Origin: Bacteroidales bacterium
GTDB lineage: Bacteria; Bacteroidota; Bacteroidia; Bacteroidales; WCHB1-69
Reading direction: 5' to 3'
Length of the DNA: 64,000 nucleotides
Assembly: GCA_024400755.1 (NCBI GenBank)
Contig: JAKSMG010000003.1
Location: 48,596 to 112,595, forward strand
A program made the translations under genes and the position numbers. The notes under the pieces were generated by a model. The model did no database searches, was not told where the DNA came from, and saw only the letters and a program-made list of their open reading frames with translations. This document shows, piece after piece, positions 35,085 through 43,943 of this stretch. The stretch's first letter is position 1. Each line of letters begins with the position of its first letter.

Positions 35085-36437
35085 ATGGATAACAAAAACG
35101 AAAGAGGTTTTTCCAGCAATATAGGAGCCATTATCGCGGCAGCGGGTGGTGCTGTCGGATTGGGCAACATTTGGCGTTTTCCTTACGTGGTTGGACAAAA
35201 TGGCGGAGCTGCCTTTCTGTTAATGTATGTCCTATTCATTTTGCTGTTAGGAATTCCTGTTATGCTGAGTGAAATTATCATTGGAAGACGCTCACAAAGA
35301 AATTTAGTCGGTGCATTTCGCACTTTGGCTCCCAAACATAAGGCCTGGATGGGTGTGGGAGTATTGGGACTGATCGTGGCCTTTATTATTTATTCTTTTT
35401 ATAGCGTGGTGGCAGGATGGACCCTTAATTACATAGTATTATCCTGCAACGGACAACTTATGGGCAAAAATCCGGCGGAGATCACGCAAATGTTCTCTTC
35501 CTTTACTCAAAGTTCATTCTGGCCCTTATTATACCAAATTGTTTTCATAGGGATAACCGCGATTGTCGTCATTCTTGGAGTAAAAAAAGGCATTGAAAAA
35601 AGTACCACAATTCTTATGCCGTTACTTTTATTATTGATTATTGTGATGTGTATTCGTTCCATTAGCTTGCCGGGAGCGGAAAAAGGCATTAAATTTCTAT
35701 TCAAAGCCGATTTCAGCAAATTAAATGCGGACAGTTTCTTAACTGCCTTAGGGCAAGCTTTTTTCTCCCTAAGTATAGGTATGGGGGCCTTAATCACATA
35801 CGGTTCATACATTCGCAAAGAAGACAACCTCTTCACGACAAGTCTATGTATCGCAGGGGCAGACACTTTGGTGGCCATCCTGTCCGGCATTGCCATTTTC
35901 CCTGCCGTATTTGCCTTCGGACTCAATCCCACCTCTGGCCCCAGCTTGGTCTATGAAGTCCTCCCCAACGTGTTCAACAGTATGCATTATGGGCAACTAT
36001 TTGCCATTGTCTTCTTTATTCTATTAGCCATTGCGGCACTAACCTCCACAATTTCTTTATTGGAAGTCGTCGTTTTATGGGAAATAGAAGAACTCAAATG
36101 GAGCCGGCGCAAAGCAGCCATATTAAGTTCTCTATGCATCTTCCTCATTGGCATTGGCTGTACGCTGTCTTTTGGGCCGCTACAAGGTTTCAAAATCTTT
36201 GACTTAACCATTTTCGAATTTTTCGACCAACTTACGGCCGTATATCTTTTGCCCATTGGCGCACTATTATTTACGATATTTATCGGATGGTATCTGCCCA
36301 AGACAGACGTTTATGATGAATTGTCCAATGGTGGAAAATTAAAGGTCAGATACTTCAAATATTATTATTTCATTGTTCGTTATATAGCACCTATCGCTTT
36401 ATTAATCGTTATCATTACAAATATTATTTTTGACTAA
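35085..36437 (+). CDS. Sodium-dependent transporter, SNF (neurotransmitter:sodium symporter) family
   Basis: Contains the GLGNIWRFPY motif and has 11-12 TM helices. Confidence 0.9.
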   Translation: MDNKNERGFSSNIGAIIAAAGGAVGLGNIWRFPYVVGQNGGAAFLLMYVLFILLLGIPVMLSEIIIGRRSQRNLVGAFRTLAPKHKAWMGVGVLGLIVAFIIYSFYSVVAGWTLNYIVLSCNGQLMGKNPAEITQMFSSFTQSSFWPLLYQIVFIGITAIVVILGVKKGIEKSTTILMPLLLLLIIVMCIRSISLPGAEKGIKFLFKADFSKLNADSFLTALGQAFFSLSIGMGALITYGSYIRKEDNLFTTSLCIAGADTLVAILSGIAIFPAVFAFGLNPTSGPSLVYEVLPNVFNSMHYGQLFAIVFFILLAIAALTSTISLLEVVVLWEIEELKWSRRKAAILSSLCIFLIGIGCTLSFGPLQGFKIFDLTIFEFFDQLTAVYLLPIGALLFTIFIGWYLPKTDVYDELSNGGKLKVRYFKYYYFIVRYIAPIALLIVIITNIIFD

Positions 36438-36439
36438 AG

Positions 36440-37018
36440 ATGAATTTCAATCAAAAAATACAACTCAAGGTTGGCAATATGCTCAACCCCACCCCAGTGG
36501 TAATGGTCAGTTGTGGGGAAACGCCAGACGAATACAACATCATCACGGTGGCCTGGACCGGCACATTATGTTCTGATCCTCCTATGTGTTACATTTCAGT
36601 GCGACCGGAACGTCATTCCTACGCCATTCTCAAAGAAAGAAAACAATTCGTCATCAACTTGGTAAATGAGCCCTTGGCTGCCGCAACCGACTGGTGCGGC
36701 GTACGTTCCGGGAAAAAATACAATAAGTTTTTTGAGACAAACCTCACTCCCATTCGTGGAAATGTGGTCAAAGCCCCTATGATTTACGAATCGCCCGTAA
36801 ATTTGGAATGCGAAGTCACCGACATCGTATCATTGGGTTCTCACGATATGTTTATTGCCAAAATCGTGGCCGTACACGCTGATCCACGATATTTGGACAA
36901 AAAAACTGGGGCGTTAGATCTCAAAAGAGCAAATTTGGTCGCTTATTCGCACGGACAATACTTTGGTTTAGGCAAAATTTTAGGAAAATTCGGATTTTCC
37001 GTCGAAAAAAAGAAATAA
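36440..37018 (+). CDS. Flavin reductase-like (FMN-binding split-barrel) protein
   Basis: The segment PTPVVMVSCG...YNIITVAWTG...P...ISVRP fits the flavin reductase domain pattern. Length is 192 aa. Confidence 0.7.
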   Translation: MNFNQKIQLKVGNMLNPTPVVMVSCGETPDEYNIITVAWTGTLCSDPPMCYISVRPERHSYAILKERKQFVINLVNEPLAAATDWCGVRSGKKYNKFFETNLTPIRGNVVKAPMIYESPVNLECEVTDIVSLGSHDMFIAKIVAVHADPRYLDKKTGALDLKRANLVAYSHGQYFGLGKILGKFGFSVEKKK

Positions 37019-37043
37019 AAAGAACAATTTAAATGTTAATACT

Positions 37044-37490
37044 ATGAGTTTAGAAGAAAAAATAAACAATGACATTAAAGCCGCCATGTTGGCCAAGGAA
37101 AAGGAAAAATTGAACGCACTTCGGGCCATCAAATCCGCTTTATTATTATTAAAAACTGAAAAAGCCGGAGCAGAAATTACTCCTGAGGCAGAATTAGGAT
37201 TACTCCAAAAATTGGTTAAACAGCGCAAGGAATCCGCCGAATTGTATAAATCACAAAACAGACAGGATTTGTATGAGGAAGAAATGGCGCAATACGAAGT
37301 AATCGTGAAATATCTGCCGGCACAAATGTCTGCCGACGAAATTAAAAATGTCATCAGCCAACTCATTACTGACAATAATATCTCAGGCATCAAGGAAATG
37401 GGCAAACTGATGGGATTGGCCACCAAGCAGTTGGCTGGCAAAGCCGATAACAAAACCGTGGCAGAAATCGTTAAATCGTTGCTTTCATAA
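37044..37490 (+). CDS. GatB/YqeY domain protein
   Basis: Contains MSLEEKINNDIKAAMLAKEKEKLNALRAIKSA and YLPAQMS.DE, which are typical of the YqeY family. Length is 148 aa. Confidence 0.8.
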   Translation: MSLEEKINNDIKAAMLAKEKEKLNALRAIKSALLLLKTEKAGAEITPEAELGLLQKLVKQRKESAELYKSQNRQDLYEEEMAQYEVIVKYLPAQMSADEIKNVISQLITDNNISGIKEMGKLMGLATKQLAGKADNKTVAEIVKSLLS

Positions 37491-37512
37491 TTTTTTCACC
37501 TAAAAAATAAAG

Positions 37513-38646
37513 ATGAAATACTACATTGTTGCTGGCGAGGCTTCCGGTGATCTTCACGGTTCCAATTTAATGAAGGCCTTAAAAGAACGCGATGGCGAAG
37601 CTGACTTTCGTTTCTGGGGAGGCGATTTAATGCAGTCTGTGGGAGGCGAGCTGATCAAGCATTACAAGGAAATGGCCTTTATGGGATTCTTTGAAGTCGC
37701 TACGCATTTGCGGCAAGTGCTCAACAACATCAAAGTTTGTGAAGTGGACATTCTTCTTTACGAACCGGATGTGCTCATTCTCATCGATTATCCCGGATTT
37801 AATTTGAGAATTGCAGAATTTGCCCACGAACACGGCATCAAAGTCATCTATTATATTTCACCTCAGGTTTGGGCATGGAAAAAGAACAGAATCCATAAAA
37901 TAAAGCGTTGCGTGGATGAAATGATTGTGATTCTGCCTTTTGAAAAAGAATTTTACGAAAAACATCAGGTTCCAGTCCATTTTGTGGGCCATCCTCTTTT
38001 GGATGCCATTGACAAAGACATTCGCAAAAGTGAAGCGGTGACTGATTTCCGCCAACGCAATAACTTAGACGAAAGAGAGATTGTGGCCATTCTTCCCGGC
38101 AGCCGCAAGCAGGAAATTGACAAAATGCTACCGGTAATGCTGGAAGTCGCCACACAATATCCTCAATATCAGTTTATTGTATCTGGCGTAAATTGGCAGC
38201 CACAGACTTTATACGAAAAATACCTAAAAAAAACAAATATCAAGATTGTCTATGACCAGACTTATCCCTTGCTGCTCAATGCCAAATCAGCGTTGGTGAC
38301 ATCGGGAACCGCCACTCTCGAAACCGCCCTTTTAGGCACTCCACAAGTGGTGTGTTACAAAGGAAGTGCCATTTCCTATATCATTGCCAAACATTTAATC
38401 AAGGGAATTAGTTACATTAGTTTAGTAAACCTCATCTTGGACAAGCCAGCCGTGGTCGAATTAATTCAATACGATATGAATGCCAAACGGCTTTCTGAAG
38501 AATTTGAAAAAATCACTTTTGACGAGCAAAACATCCAGCGAATGAAGGCAGATTATGCCAATTTGCACCACCTTCTCGCCGACAGTCACGCTTCGGCCAA
38601 TGCCGCCGAGGTCATCACCAAATTTACAAAATCTCAAAATTCTTAA
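37513..38646 (+). CDS. lpxB: Lipid-A-disaccharide synthase
   Basis: Has the N-terminus MKYYIVAGEASGDLHGSNLMKAL and the segment DYPGFNLR. Length is 377 aa. Confidence 0.88.
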   Translation: MKYYIVAGEASGDLHGSNLMKALKERDGEADFRFWGGDLMQSVGGELIKHYKEMAFMGFFEVATHLRQVLNNIKVCEVDILLYEPDVLILIDYPGFNLRIAEFAHEHGIKVIYYISPQVWAWKKNRIHKIKRCVDEMIVILPFEKEFYEKHQVPVHFVGHPLLDAIDKDIRKSEAVTDFRQRNNLDEREIVAILPGSRKQEIDKMLPVMLEVATQYPQYQFIVSGVNWQPQTLYEKYLKKTNIKIVYDQTYPLLLNAKSALVTSGTATLETALLGTPQVVCYKGSAISYIIAKHLIKGISYISLVNLILDKPAVVELIQYDMNAKRLSEEFEKITFDEQNIQRMKADYANLHHLLADSHASANAAEVITKFTKSQNS

Positions 38647-38664
38647 ATCTCTCCTCGCTATTAA

Positions 38665-38680
38665 ACGCAATCCATTGCGT
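38665..38680. repeat. REP-like hairpin (ACGCAAT-CC-ATTGCGT) downstream of lpxB
   Basis: Has the same CGCAAT/ATTGCG core as 20657-20710 and is followed by CTCTACA. Confidence 0.6.
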
Positions 38681-38722
38681 CTCTACAAAATTTCTAATTT
38701 TCCAAATTTCTAAAAAAAATCG

Positions 38723-38730
38723 TATCTTTG
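38723..38730 (+). promoter_or_regulatory. -7 promoter box (TATCTTTG)
   Basis: TAnnTTTG lies 29 nt upstream of ATG 38759. Confidence 0.6.
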
Positions 38731-38758
38731 CACTTTTAATCATAACAAAAACAAAAAA

Positions 38759-39958
38759 ATGGCAAGAGTATTAATTATTGGCGCCGGAGGTGTTGGCGCA
38801 GTCGTAGCACACAAATGTGCTTCCGTTCCAGAAGTTTTTACCGAAATAATGATGGCAAGCCGCACCAAGGCCAAATGCGACAAAGTCGCTGCAGCTGTCG
38901 GTGGAAATCGCATCCAAACGGCTCAAGTCGATGCCGATAATGTTCAGGAAACCATCGAATTGATCAACAGTTACAAACCTGACTTGCTGATTAACGTGGC
39001 ATTGCCATATCAAGACCTGCCATTGATGGATGCTTGTTTGGCCACCAAAACCAACTATATGGATACCGCCAATTACGAACCCCGTGACAAGGCAAAATTC
39101 GAATACAGTTGGCAATGGGCCTACCAAGACCGCTTCAAGGAAGCCGGCATTATGGCGCTACTCGGATGCGGTTTTGACCCGGGTGTAACCAGTATTTACA
39201 CCGCCTATGCCGCCAAACACCATTTTGACGAAATCCATTATCTGGATATCGTTGACTGCAATGCCGGGGACCACGGCAAAGCCTTCGCCACCAACTTCAA
39301 CCCGGAAATCAATATTCGTGAAGTAACGCAAAGAGGCAAATACTGGGAAAACGGACAATGGGTGGAAATTGACCCTATGTCGATTCACAAAGCCGTAACT
39401 TATCCCAACATCGGTGACCGCGAATCTTACTTGCTTTACCACGAAGAATTGGAATCATTGGTACGCAGTTATCCAACCATCAAGCGTGCCCGCTTCTGGA
39501 TGACTTTCGGACAAAAATATTTGACTGTTTTGAACGTGTTGCAGGAAGTTGGTATGACCAGCATTAAGCCCATCAACTACGAAGGCAAGGAAATCGTTCC
39601 TTTGCAGTTCTTGAAGGCCGTCCTTCCTGAACCATCTTCTTTGGGCGAAGGATACACGGGACAAACTTCCATCGGTTGCCAGATCAGAGGTATCAAAGAC
39701 GGTAAAGAACGAACCTACTATGTTTGGAACAACTGTGACCACGCCGCCTGCTACAAGGAAATCGGTGCCCAGGCAGTTTCTTATACCACGGGAGTTCCCG
39801 CTATGCTCTGTGCCAAAATGATTTTGACTGGCAAATGGAACGGAAAAGGCGTTTTCAATGTTGAACAATTTGACCCAGATCCATTTATGAAGGAAATTGG
39901 CGGCTACGGACTGCCTTGGAACGAACAAATTGACCAACCCCTTCCTATTGAAAAATAA
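38759..39958 (+). CDS. Saccharopine dehydrogenase family protein, probable carboxynorspermidine dehydrogenase
   Basis: Has a Rossmann N-terminus (VLIIGAGGVGAVVAHK). At 399 aa, the size and sequence pattern fit the polyamine-pathway enzyme common in Bacteroidota. Confidence 0.78.
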   Translation: MARVLIIGAGGVGAVVAHKCASVPEVFTEIMMASRTKAKCDKVAAAVGGNRIQTAQVDADNVQETIELINSYKPDLLINVALPYQDLPLMDACLATKTNYMDTANYEPRDKAKFEYSWQWAYQDRFKEAGIMALLGCGFDPGVTSIYTAYAAKHHFDEIHYLDIVDCNAGDHGKAFATNFNPEINIREVTQRGKYWENGQWVEIDPMSIHKAVTYPNIGDRESYLLYHEELESLVRSYPTIKRARFWMTFGQKYLTVLNVLQEVGMTSIKPINYEGKEIVPLQFLKAVLPEPSSLGEGYTGQTSIGCQIRGIKDGKERTYYVWNNCDHAACYKEIGAQAVSYTTGVPAMLCAKMILTGKWNGKGVFNVEQFDPDPFMKEIGGYGLPWNEQIDQPLPIEK

Positions 39959-39978
39959 CAAATAACATAATCTGACTA

Positions 39979-40008
39979 AGGGGCGAATCATAATTCGCCC
40001 CTCTTTGT
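39979..40008 (+). terminator. Rho-independent terminator
   Basis: A 10-bp stem with a tetraloop (AGGGGCGAAT-CATA-ATTCGCCCCT), followed by CTTTGTCT. Confidence 0.75.
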
Positions 40009-40018
40009 CTAATCAACT

Positions 40019-42052
40019 ATGAATTTCAAGCTACACGCCCCTTTCGCGCCTTCCGGCGACCAACCCCAAGCCATCAAAGAATTGGTGGAGGGCCTGAGTC
40101 GTGGCGACAAAGCGCAAACACTCTTGGGCGTAACCGGTTCGGGCAAAACCTTCACCATCGCCAATGTCCTCAACGAAGTTAACCGCCCCGCCCTCATTCT
40201 CAGCCACAACAAAACCCTGGCAGCGCAATTATACAGCGAATTTAAGCAGTTTTTCCCCGAAAACGCCGTCGAATACTACGTTTCCTATTACGATTATTAC
40301 CAACCTGAAGCCTATATTCCTACCACCAATACCTACATCGAAAAGGACTTGGCTATCAATCAGGAAATTGACAAACTGAGGATGCACACGACTTCCTCAC
40401 TGCTTTCCGGCCGACGAGACATTGTGGTCGTCGCATCCGTTTCCTGCATTTACGGCATTGGCAATCCCGACGATTTTGCCCAAAACGTCATCAATATCCA
40501 TAAAGGGATGACCATTGACCGCGACCAACTTTTATATGCTTTCGTTTCCGGTTTATATTCTCGCACCGAGCTGGGACTGGAACCAGGAAAATTCCGCGTG
40601 AAAGGCGATACGGTGGATATTTTCCCGCCTTACAACGACACGGCTTTCCGCATCGTCTTTTTTGATGATGAAATCGAAGATATTTTTGAAATTAATCCTG
40701 TATCAGGAGATAAAATTAATAAACTGAATCTGCTTACGCTTTATCCGGCCAGTATCTTTGTAACATCTCAAGATTCTATGAATAATGCGATTGCGGAAAT
40801 CAAAATGGATCTGGACACCCAGATACAATATCTTCATTCTTTAGATAAACATTTGGAAGCCAAACGATTAGATGATCGTGTGAATTACGATATCGAAATG
40901 ATGAAAGAATTAGGGTATTGCTCCGGCATTGAAAATTATTCTCGCTATTTCGACCGACGCAAACCAGGAGAAAGACCATTCTGCATTTTAGATTTCTTTC
41001 CTGATGATTTTATCTTGATTATTGACGAAAGCCACGTTACCGTGCCGCAAATCGGCGCGATGTATGGCGGTGACCGCTCCCGCAAAATCAATTTGGTGGA
41101 TTATGGATTCAGACTGCCCGCCGCATTGGATAACCGTCCTTTGAAATTCAATGAATTTGAATCATTAATTGGGCAAACCATTTTTGTGAGTGCCACCCCT
41201 GCCCAATACGAATTAGATAAATCCGACGGTGTAATTATTGAGCAAATTGTCAGACCAACCGGCTTGTTGGACCCACCTATCGAAGTCCGACCCGCCATCA
41301 ATCAAGTTGATGATTTGCTTAACGAAATTGAATTGACGGTTGAAAAAAAACAACGGGTTTTGGTCACCACATTGACCAAAAAGATGGCGGAAGAGCTCAA
41401 TTCCTACCTTCTTCGCATTGGCATTCGGTCCAAATATATTCATTCTGAAGTTGAAACTTTGGAACGCATTGAAATTCTCAAAGACTTGCGTGCCGGTGCC
41501 ATTGACGTGCTGGTTGGCGTGAACCTGCTTCGTGAAGGCATTGACCTGCCAGAAGTTTCCTTAGTGGCCATTATGGATGCCGACAAAGAGGGTTTTCTTC
41601 GAAACGAACGCTCCTTGACCCAAACCGCAGGACGTGCCGCACGTCACGTAGATGGTCGCGTGATTTTCTATGCCGAGCACGTCACTAAGTCAATGCAGGC
41701 CACCATTGACGAAACGCTGCGGCGAAGAACGAAACAATTGGCTTACAACGAAAAATACCACATCATCCCGAAAACCGTCATCAAGTCGGATTCCATCCCT
41801 GCGGAAATAGATCATAAACGCTTTGAAAAAGTGGATGCTTTTGAGTATAAAAACCACGAAAAAGCAACTTCCATCGCCGCAGAACAAGCCATTGACTACA
41901 AGATGTACAACATCGAGCAACTACGTGCCAGTGCCAAAAAATTACGCAAACAACTGGAAAATGCGACCAAGGAACTGGACTTTATGCTGGCCGTCAAACT
42001 TCGTGACGAAATCATTGAAATCGAAAAACTTATCGCTGAACAAAAAGCATAA
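40019..42052 (+). CDS. uvrB: Excinuclease ABC subunit B
   Basis: Has the Walker A motif GVTGSGKT, helicase motifs, and a C-terminal UVR domain (LAVKLRDEIIEIEKL). Confidence 0.95.
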   Translation: MNFKLHAPFAPSGDQPQAIKELVEGLSRGDKAQTLLGVTGSGKTFTIANVLNEVNRPALILSHNKTLAAQLYSEFKQFFPENAVEYYVSYYDYYQPEAYIPTTNTYIEKDLAINQEIDKLRMHTTSSLLSGRRDIVVVASVSCIYGIGNPDDFAQNVINIHKGMTIDRDQLLYAFVSGLYSRTELGLEPGKFRVKGDTVDIFPPYNDTAFRIVFFDDEIEDIFEINPVSGDKINKLNLLTLYPASIFVTSQDSMNNAIAEIKMDLDTQIQYLHSLDKHLEAKRLDDRVNYDIEMMKELGYCSGIENYSRYFDRRKPGERPFCILDFFPDDFILIIDESHVTVPQIGAMYGGDRSRKINLVDYGFRLPAALDNRPLKFNEFESLIGQTIFVSATPAQYELDKSDGVIIEQIVRPTGLLDPPIEVRPAINQVDDLLNEIELTVEKKQRVLVTTLTKKMAEELNSYLLRIGIRSKYIHSEVETLERIEILKDLRAGAIDVLVGVNLLREGIDLPEVSLVAIMDADKEGFLRNERSLTQTAGRAARHVDGRVIFYAEHVTKSMQATIDETLRRRTKQLAYNEKYHIIPKTVIKSDSIPAEIDHKRFEKVDAFEYKNHEKATSIAAEQAIDYKMYNIEQLRASAKKLRKQLENATKELDFMLAVKLRDEIIEIEKLIAEQKA

Positions 42053-42056
42053 AATT

Positions 42057-42225
42057 ACGGAATTATCCCTTTCCGTCTTGTAAAGAGATTCCGACTACGC
42101 TATGCTTCGTCGGAATGGCGATGAGTCATTAGTCAAAAAGTAGCGGCGACGGAACACAACTGCGATATAGTTCGGTCACGGTGTCGCCGCAAACATCCCA
42201 ACAAGATTAAAAGGGATAATTCCGT
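42057..42225 (+). mobile_element. Structured interspersed repeat, copy B (intact, MITE-like)
   Basis: Has perfect 13-bp terminal inverted repeats (ACGGAATTATCCC ... GGGATAATTCCGT), directly flanked by AAAATT on both sides (42051-42056 and 42226-42231). Internal hairpins are present. There is no ORF. Confidence 0.65.
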
Positions 42226-42265
42226 AAAATTTTTAAAAAACACCCCCGCATGTCGGATAATTGAT

Positions 42266-42273
42266 TATTTTTG
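42266..42273 (+). promoter_or_regulatory. Orphan -7 promoter box (TATTTTTG)
   Basis: TAnnTTTG with no intact gene downstream. It lies about 75 nt upstream of the FISUMP relic. Confidence 0.35.
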
Positions 42274-42348
42274 CATTCGTGATCCGTATTCATAGAATGA
42301 TAAATGCGGCGGTTTTTTTCCTTCTAAATTACTGACAATTATATCCAG

Positions 42349-42518
42349 TTGGACAGAGTGCTCATTGCCGACTTCGCCCAAGGTTGGCAGGAAAGCATTT
42401 ACTATCCCGACACCACACTGACGTTAAGCGTGATGGATACAGTACCAGTATTGCAAAGGCGTTGGCATCCACTTCCGGTTGGGACGACTTTTACAGTGTG
42501 CGTTGCCTTCGAGATTAG
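42349..42518 (+). pseudogene. Decayed FISUMP-domain gene relic (frameshifted, internally deleted)
   Basis: One frame (the tracked ORF frame from 42349) reads AQGWQESIYYPDTTLT, compare GICPKGWHVPSDTEWTQLT. The frame through 42453-42518 reads AKALASTSGWDDFYSVRCLRD-stop, compare AKALASTTGW and GFSVRCLRD in the 2092-aa protein. The sequence between these motifs is missing. Confidence 0.45.
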
Positions 42519-42551
42519 GAAGTCGGATTATGTTGTTGTTTGTCCGCTAAT

Positions 42552-42579
42552 GTAGAGACGTGATGAGCCACGTTTCTAC
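42552..42579. repeat. 11-bp hairpin related to the REP-like family
   Basis: GTAGAGACGTG-ATGAGC-CACGTTTCTAC, with one G:T pair. Confidence 0.6.
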
Positions 42580-42625
42580 AATTCGTTTGATAAGCGGAGG
42601 ATATAAGTGAAACTTCTGCTACAAT

Positions 42626-42660
42626 AAAAAATGGGCTGGCTCCTTTCGGAATCAGCCCAA
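42626..42660 (-). terminator. Rho-independent terminator of the C1 peptidase gene (bidirectional shape)
   Basis: The stem is TGGGCTG ... CAGCCCA. On the minus strand it is followed by TTTTTT. There is an A-run on the other side. Confidence 0.7.
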
Positions 42661-42683
42661 AAATATTTTAAAGCTATTTATTA

Positions 42684-43913
42684 TTATTTGATACCTAATT
42701 TCTTCTTGATATCCTTTGGAATAGCATCCTTATGAACAACGATATTCATCGTTTTGTATCTTACAAATGCTTTGCTGGCATAGAACATACCGTCATATTT
42801 GTAAACTTTGCCCCAGCTGTTCTTTACCATATAATATTCATTGCCGGCTTGATCTTTGGCCTTACCATAAATCAACATACCGTGGTCATCGGTAGTTTCC
42901 CAGTTGTCAAAAGCTACTTGACGTTCCTCTTGGCTTACCCAACGCTGAGGAGTTGGATGTTCGTATGCTTCCTTGGCACGGTCGGTTTTGCTCAAACCGG
43001 TCCAGTGAGCCATATCGCTGCCGCCATTGTCGGAACTTGCATCAAGATCTGGCAATACGCAGAAACCTTCACGGATTCCCTTGCGGAAACCGTCTTCACT
43101 TACATCGGCACCCCAAGCAATGGTGTAACCATTGTCAATGGCATTGTCAAAAATCTGCATGAATTCATCCAATGGAACATTATAGCACTGTGACCAACGC
43201 CAGTTGTCCTGAATTTCCAATACAAATTTTTCATAGAAAGGATGATGAGTATAAGAAGTGATGGAAATATAATCATCCGCATTCAATCCCAATGATTGAT
43301 AAAATGACATTGGGGTGTAGTTAACTCCATTGTAAACGAAATTTTCTGGACATTTTCCCAAATAAATGTCGTGGACGGCCTTTACCGACTTTTCCCACAA
43401 CATTTCCTTGTCCTTGTTGGTTTGTAATGACTTGTGGTCACCTTTTGCGATAGCTTTGACGATAGCTTCGCTGATAGCTGAAAGTTCACCGTGTTTTGAC
43501 AAGCTGTCACCATACATAGCACCTGGACGCATTTCGGCTTCTGGAACCAAACCAAAAGTCTTCATTCCATAGATTACATCATAGAATGAACCTCCTTGTG
43601 AGAAAGAAACATCTCCGTGAGTGCGAACGGCTGCCTTTGCACGATCAATGTAAGTATTGTGAACAATATACATTTCAGAAAGGTCGTATTCACCTTTGCC
43701 CATACGCAAAAGTTCTGCTTCAATGAAGCCCAAGCCGGAATAGCACCAGCAAGTACCCGCACGTGCCTGATCCTTAACGGAAGTGATTGGAAGTTCCTTT
43801 ACATTTGTGAAGACATAACCTTCTTTTTCGGTTTTTTCTTCTTTTTCCTGTGCCATTACTACGCCACTACAAAACAGAATAGCAATAAGCAATAAAGACG
43901 TTAATTTTTTCAT
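42684..43913 (-). CDS. Secreted C1-family cysteine peptidase (aminopeptidase C/bleomycin-hydrolase-like)
   Basis: Has a signal peptide, the catalytic Cys motif QARAGTCWCYSG, and the downstream segments DHGMLIYG and VKNSWG. Confidence 0.8.
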   Translation of the reverse strand: MKKLTSLLLIAILFCSGVVMAQEKEEKTEKEGYVFTNVKELPITSVKDQARAGTCWCYSGLGFIEAELLRMGKGEYDLSEMYIVHNTYIDRAKAAVRTHGDVSFSQGGSFYDVIYGMKTFGLVPEAEMRPGAMYGDSLSKHGELSAISEAIVKAIAKGDHKSLQTNKDKEMLWEKSVKAVHDIYLGKCPENFVYNGVNYTPMSFYQSLGLNADDYISITSYTHHPFYEKFVLEIQDNWRWSQCYNVPLDEFMQIFDNAIDNGYTIAWGADVSEDGFRKGIREGFCVLPDLDASSDNGGSDMAHWTGLSKTDRAKEAYEHPTPQRWVSQEERQVAFDNWETTDDHGMLIYGKAKDQAGNEYYMVKNSWGKVYKYDGMFYASKAFVRYKTMNIVVHKDAIPKDIKKKLGIK

Positions 43914-43943
43914 TTGATTTTTTTGATTGATATTTATTGTAAA

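Noticed and set aside
42227-42683. A roughly 390-nt structured RNA gene (RNase P RNA, tmRNA, SRP RNA or 6S RNA) between uvrB and the C1 peptidase gene
   Set aside because: I found no GAGGAAAGTCC-type RNase P core, no tmRNA tRNA-like ends and no SRP helix-8 GGAA-tetraloop motif. The GC-rich part is better explained as a FISUMP pseudogene.
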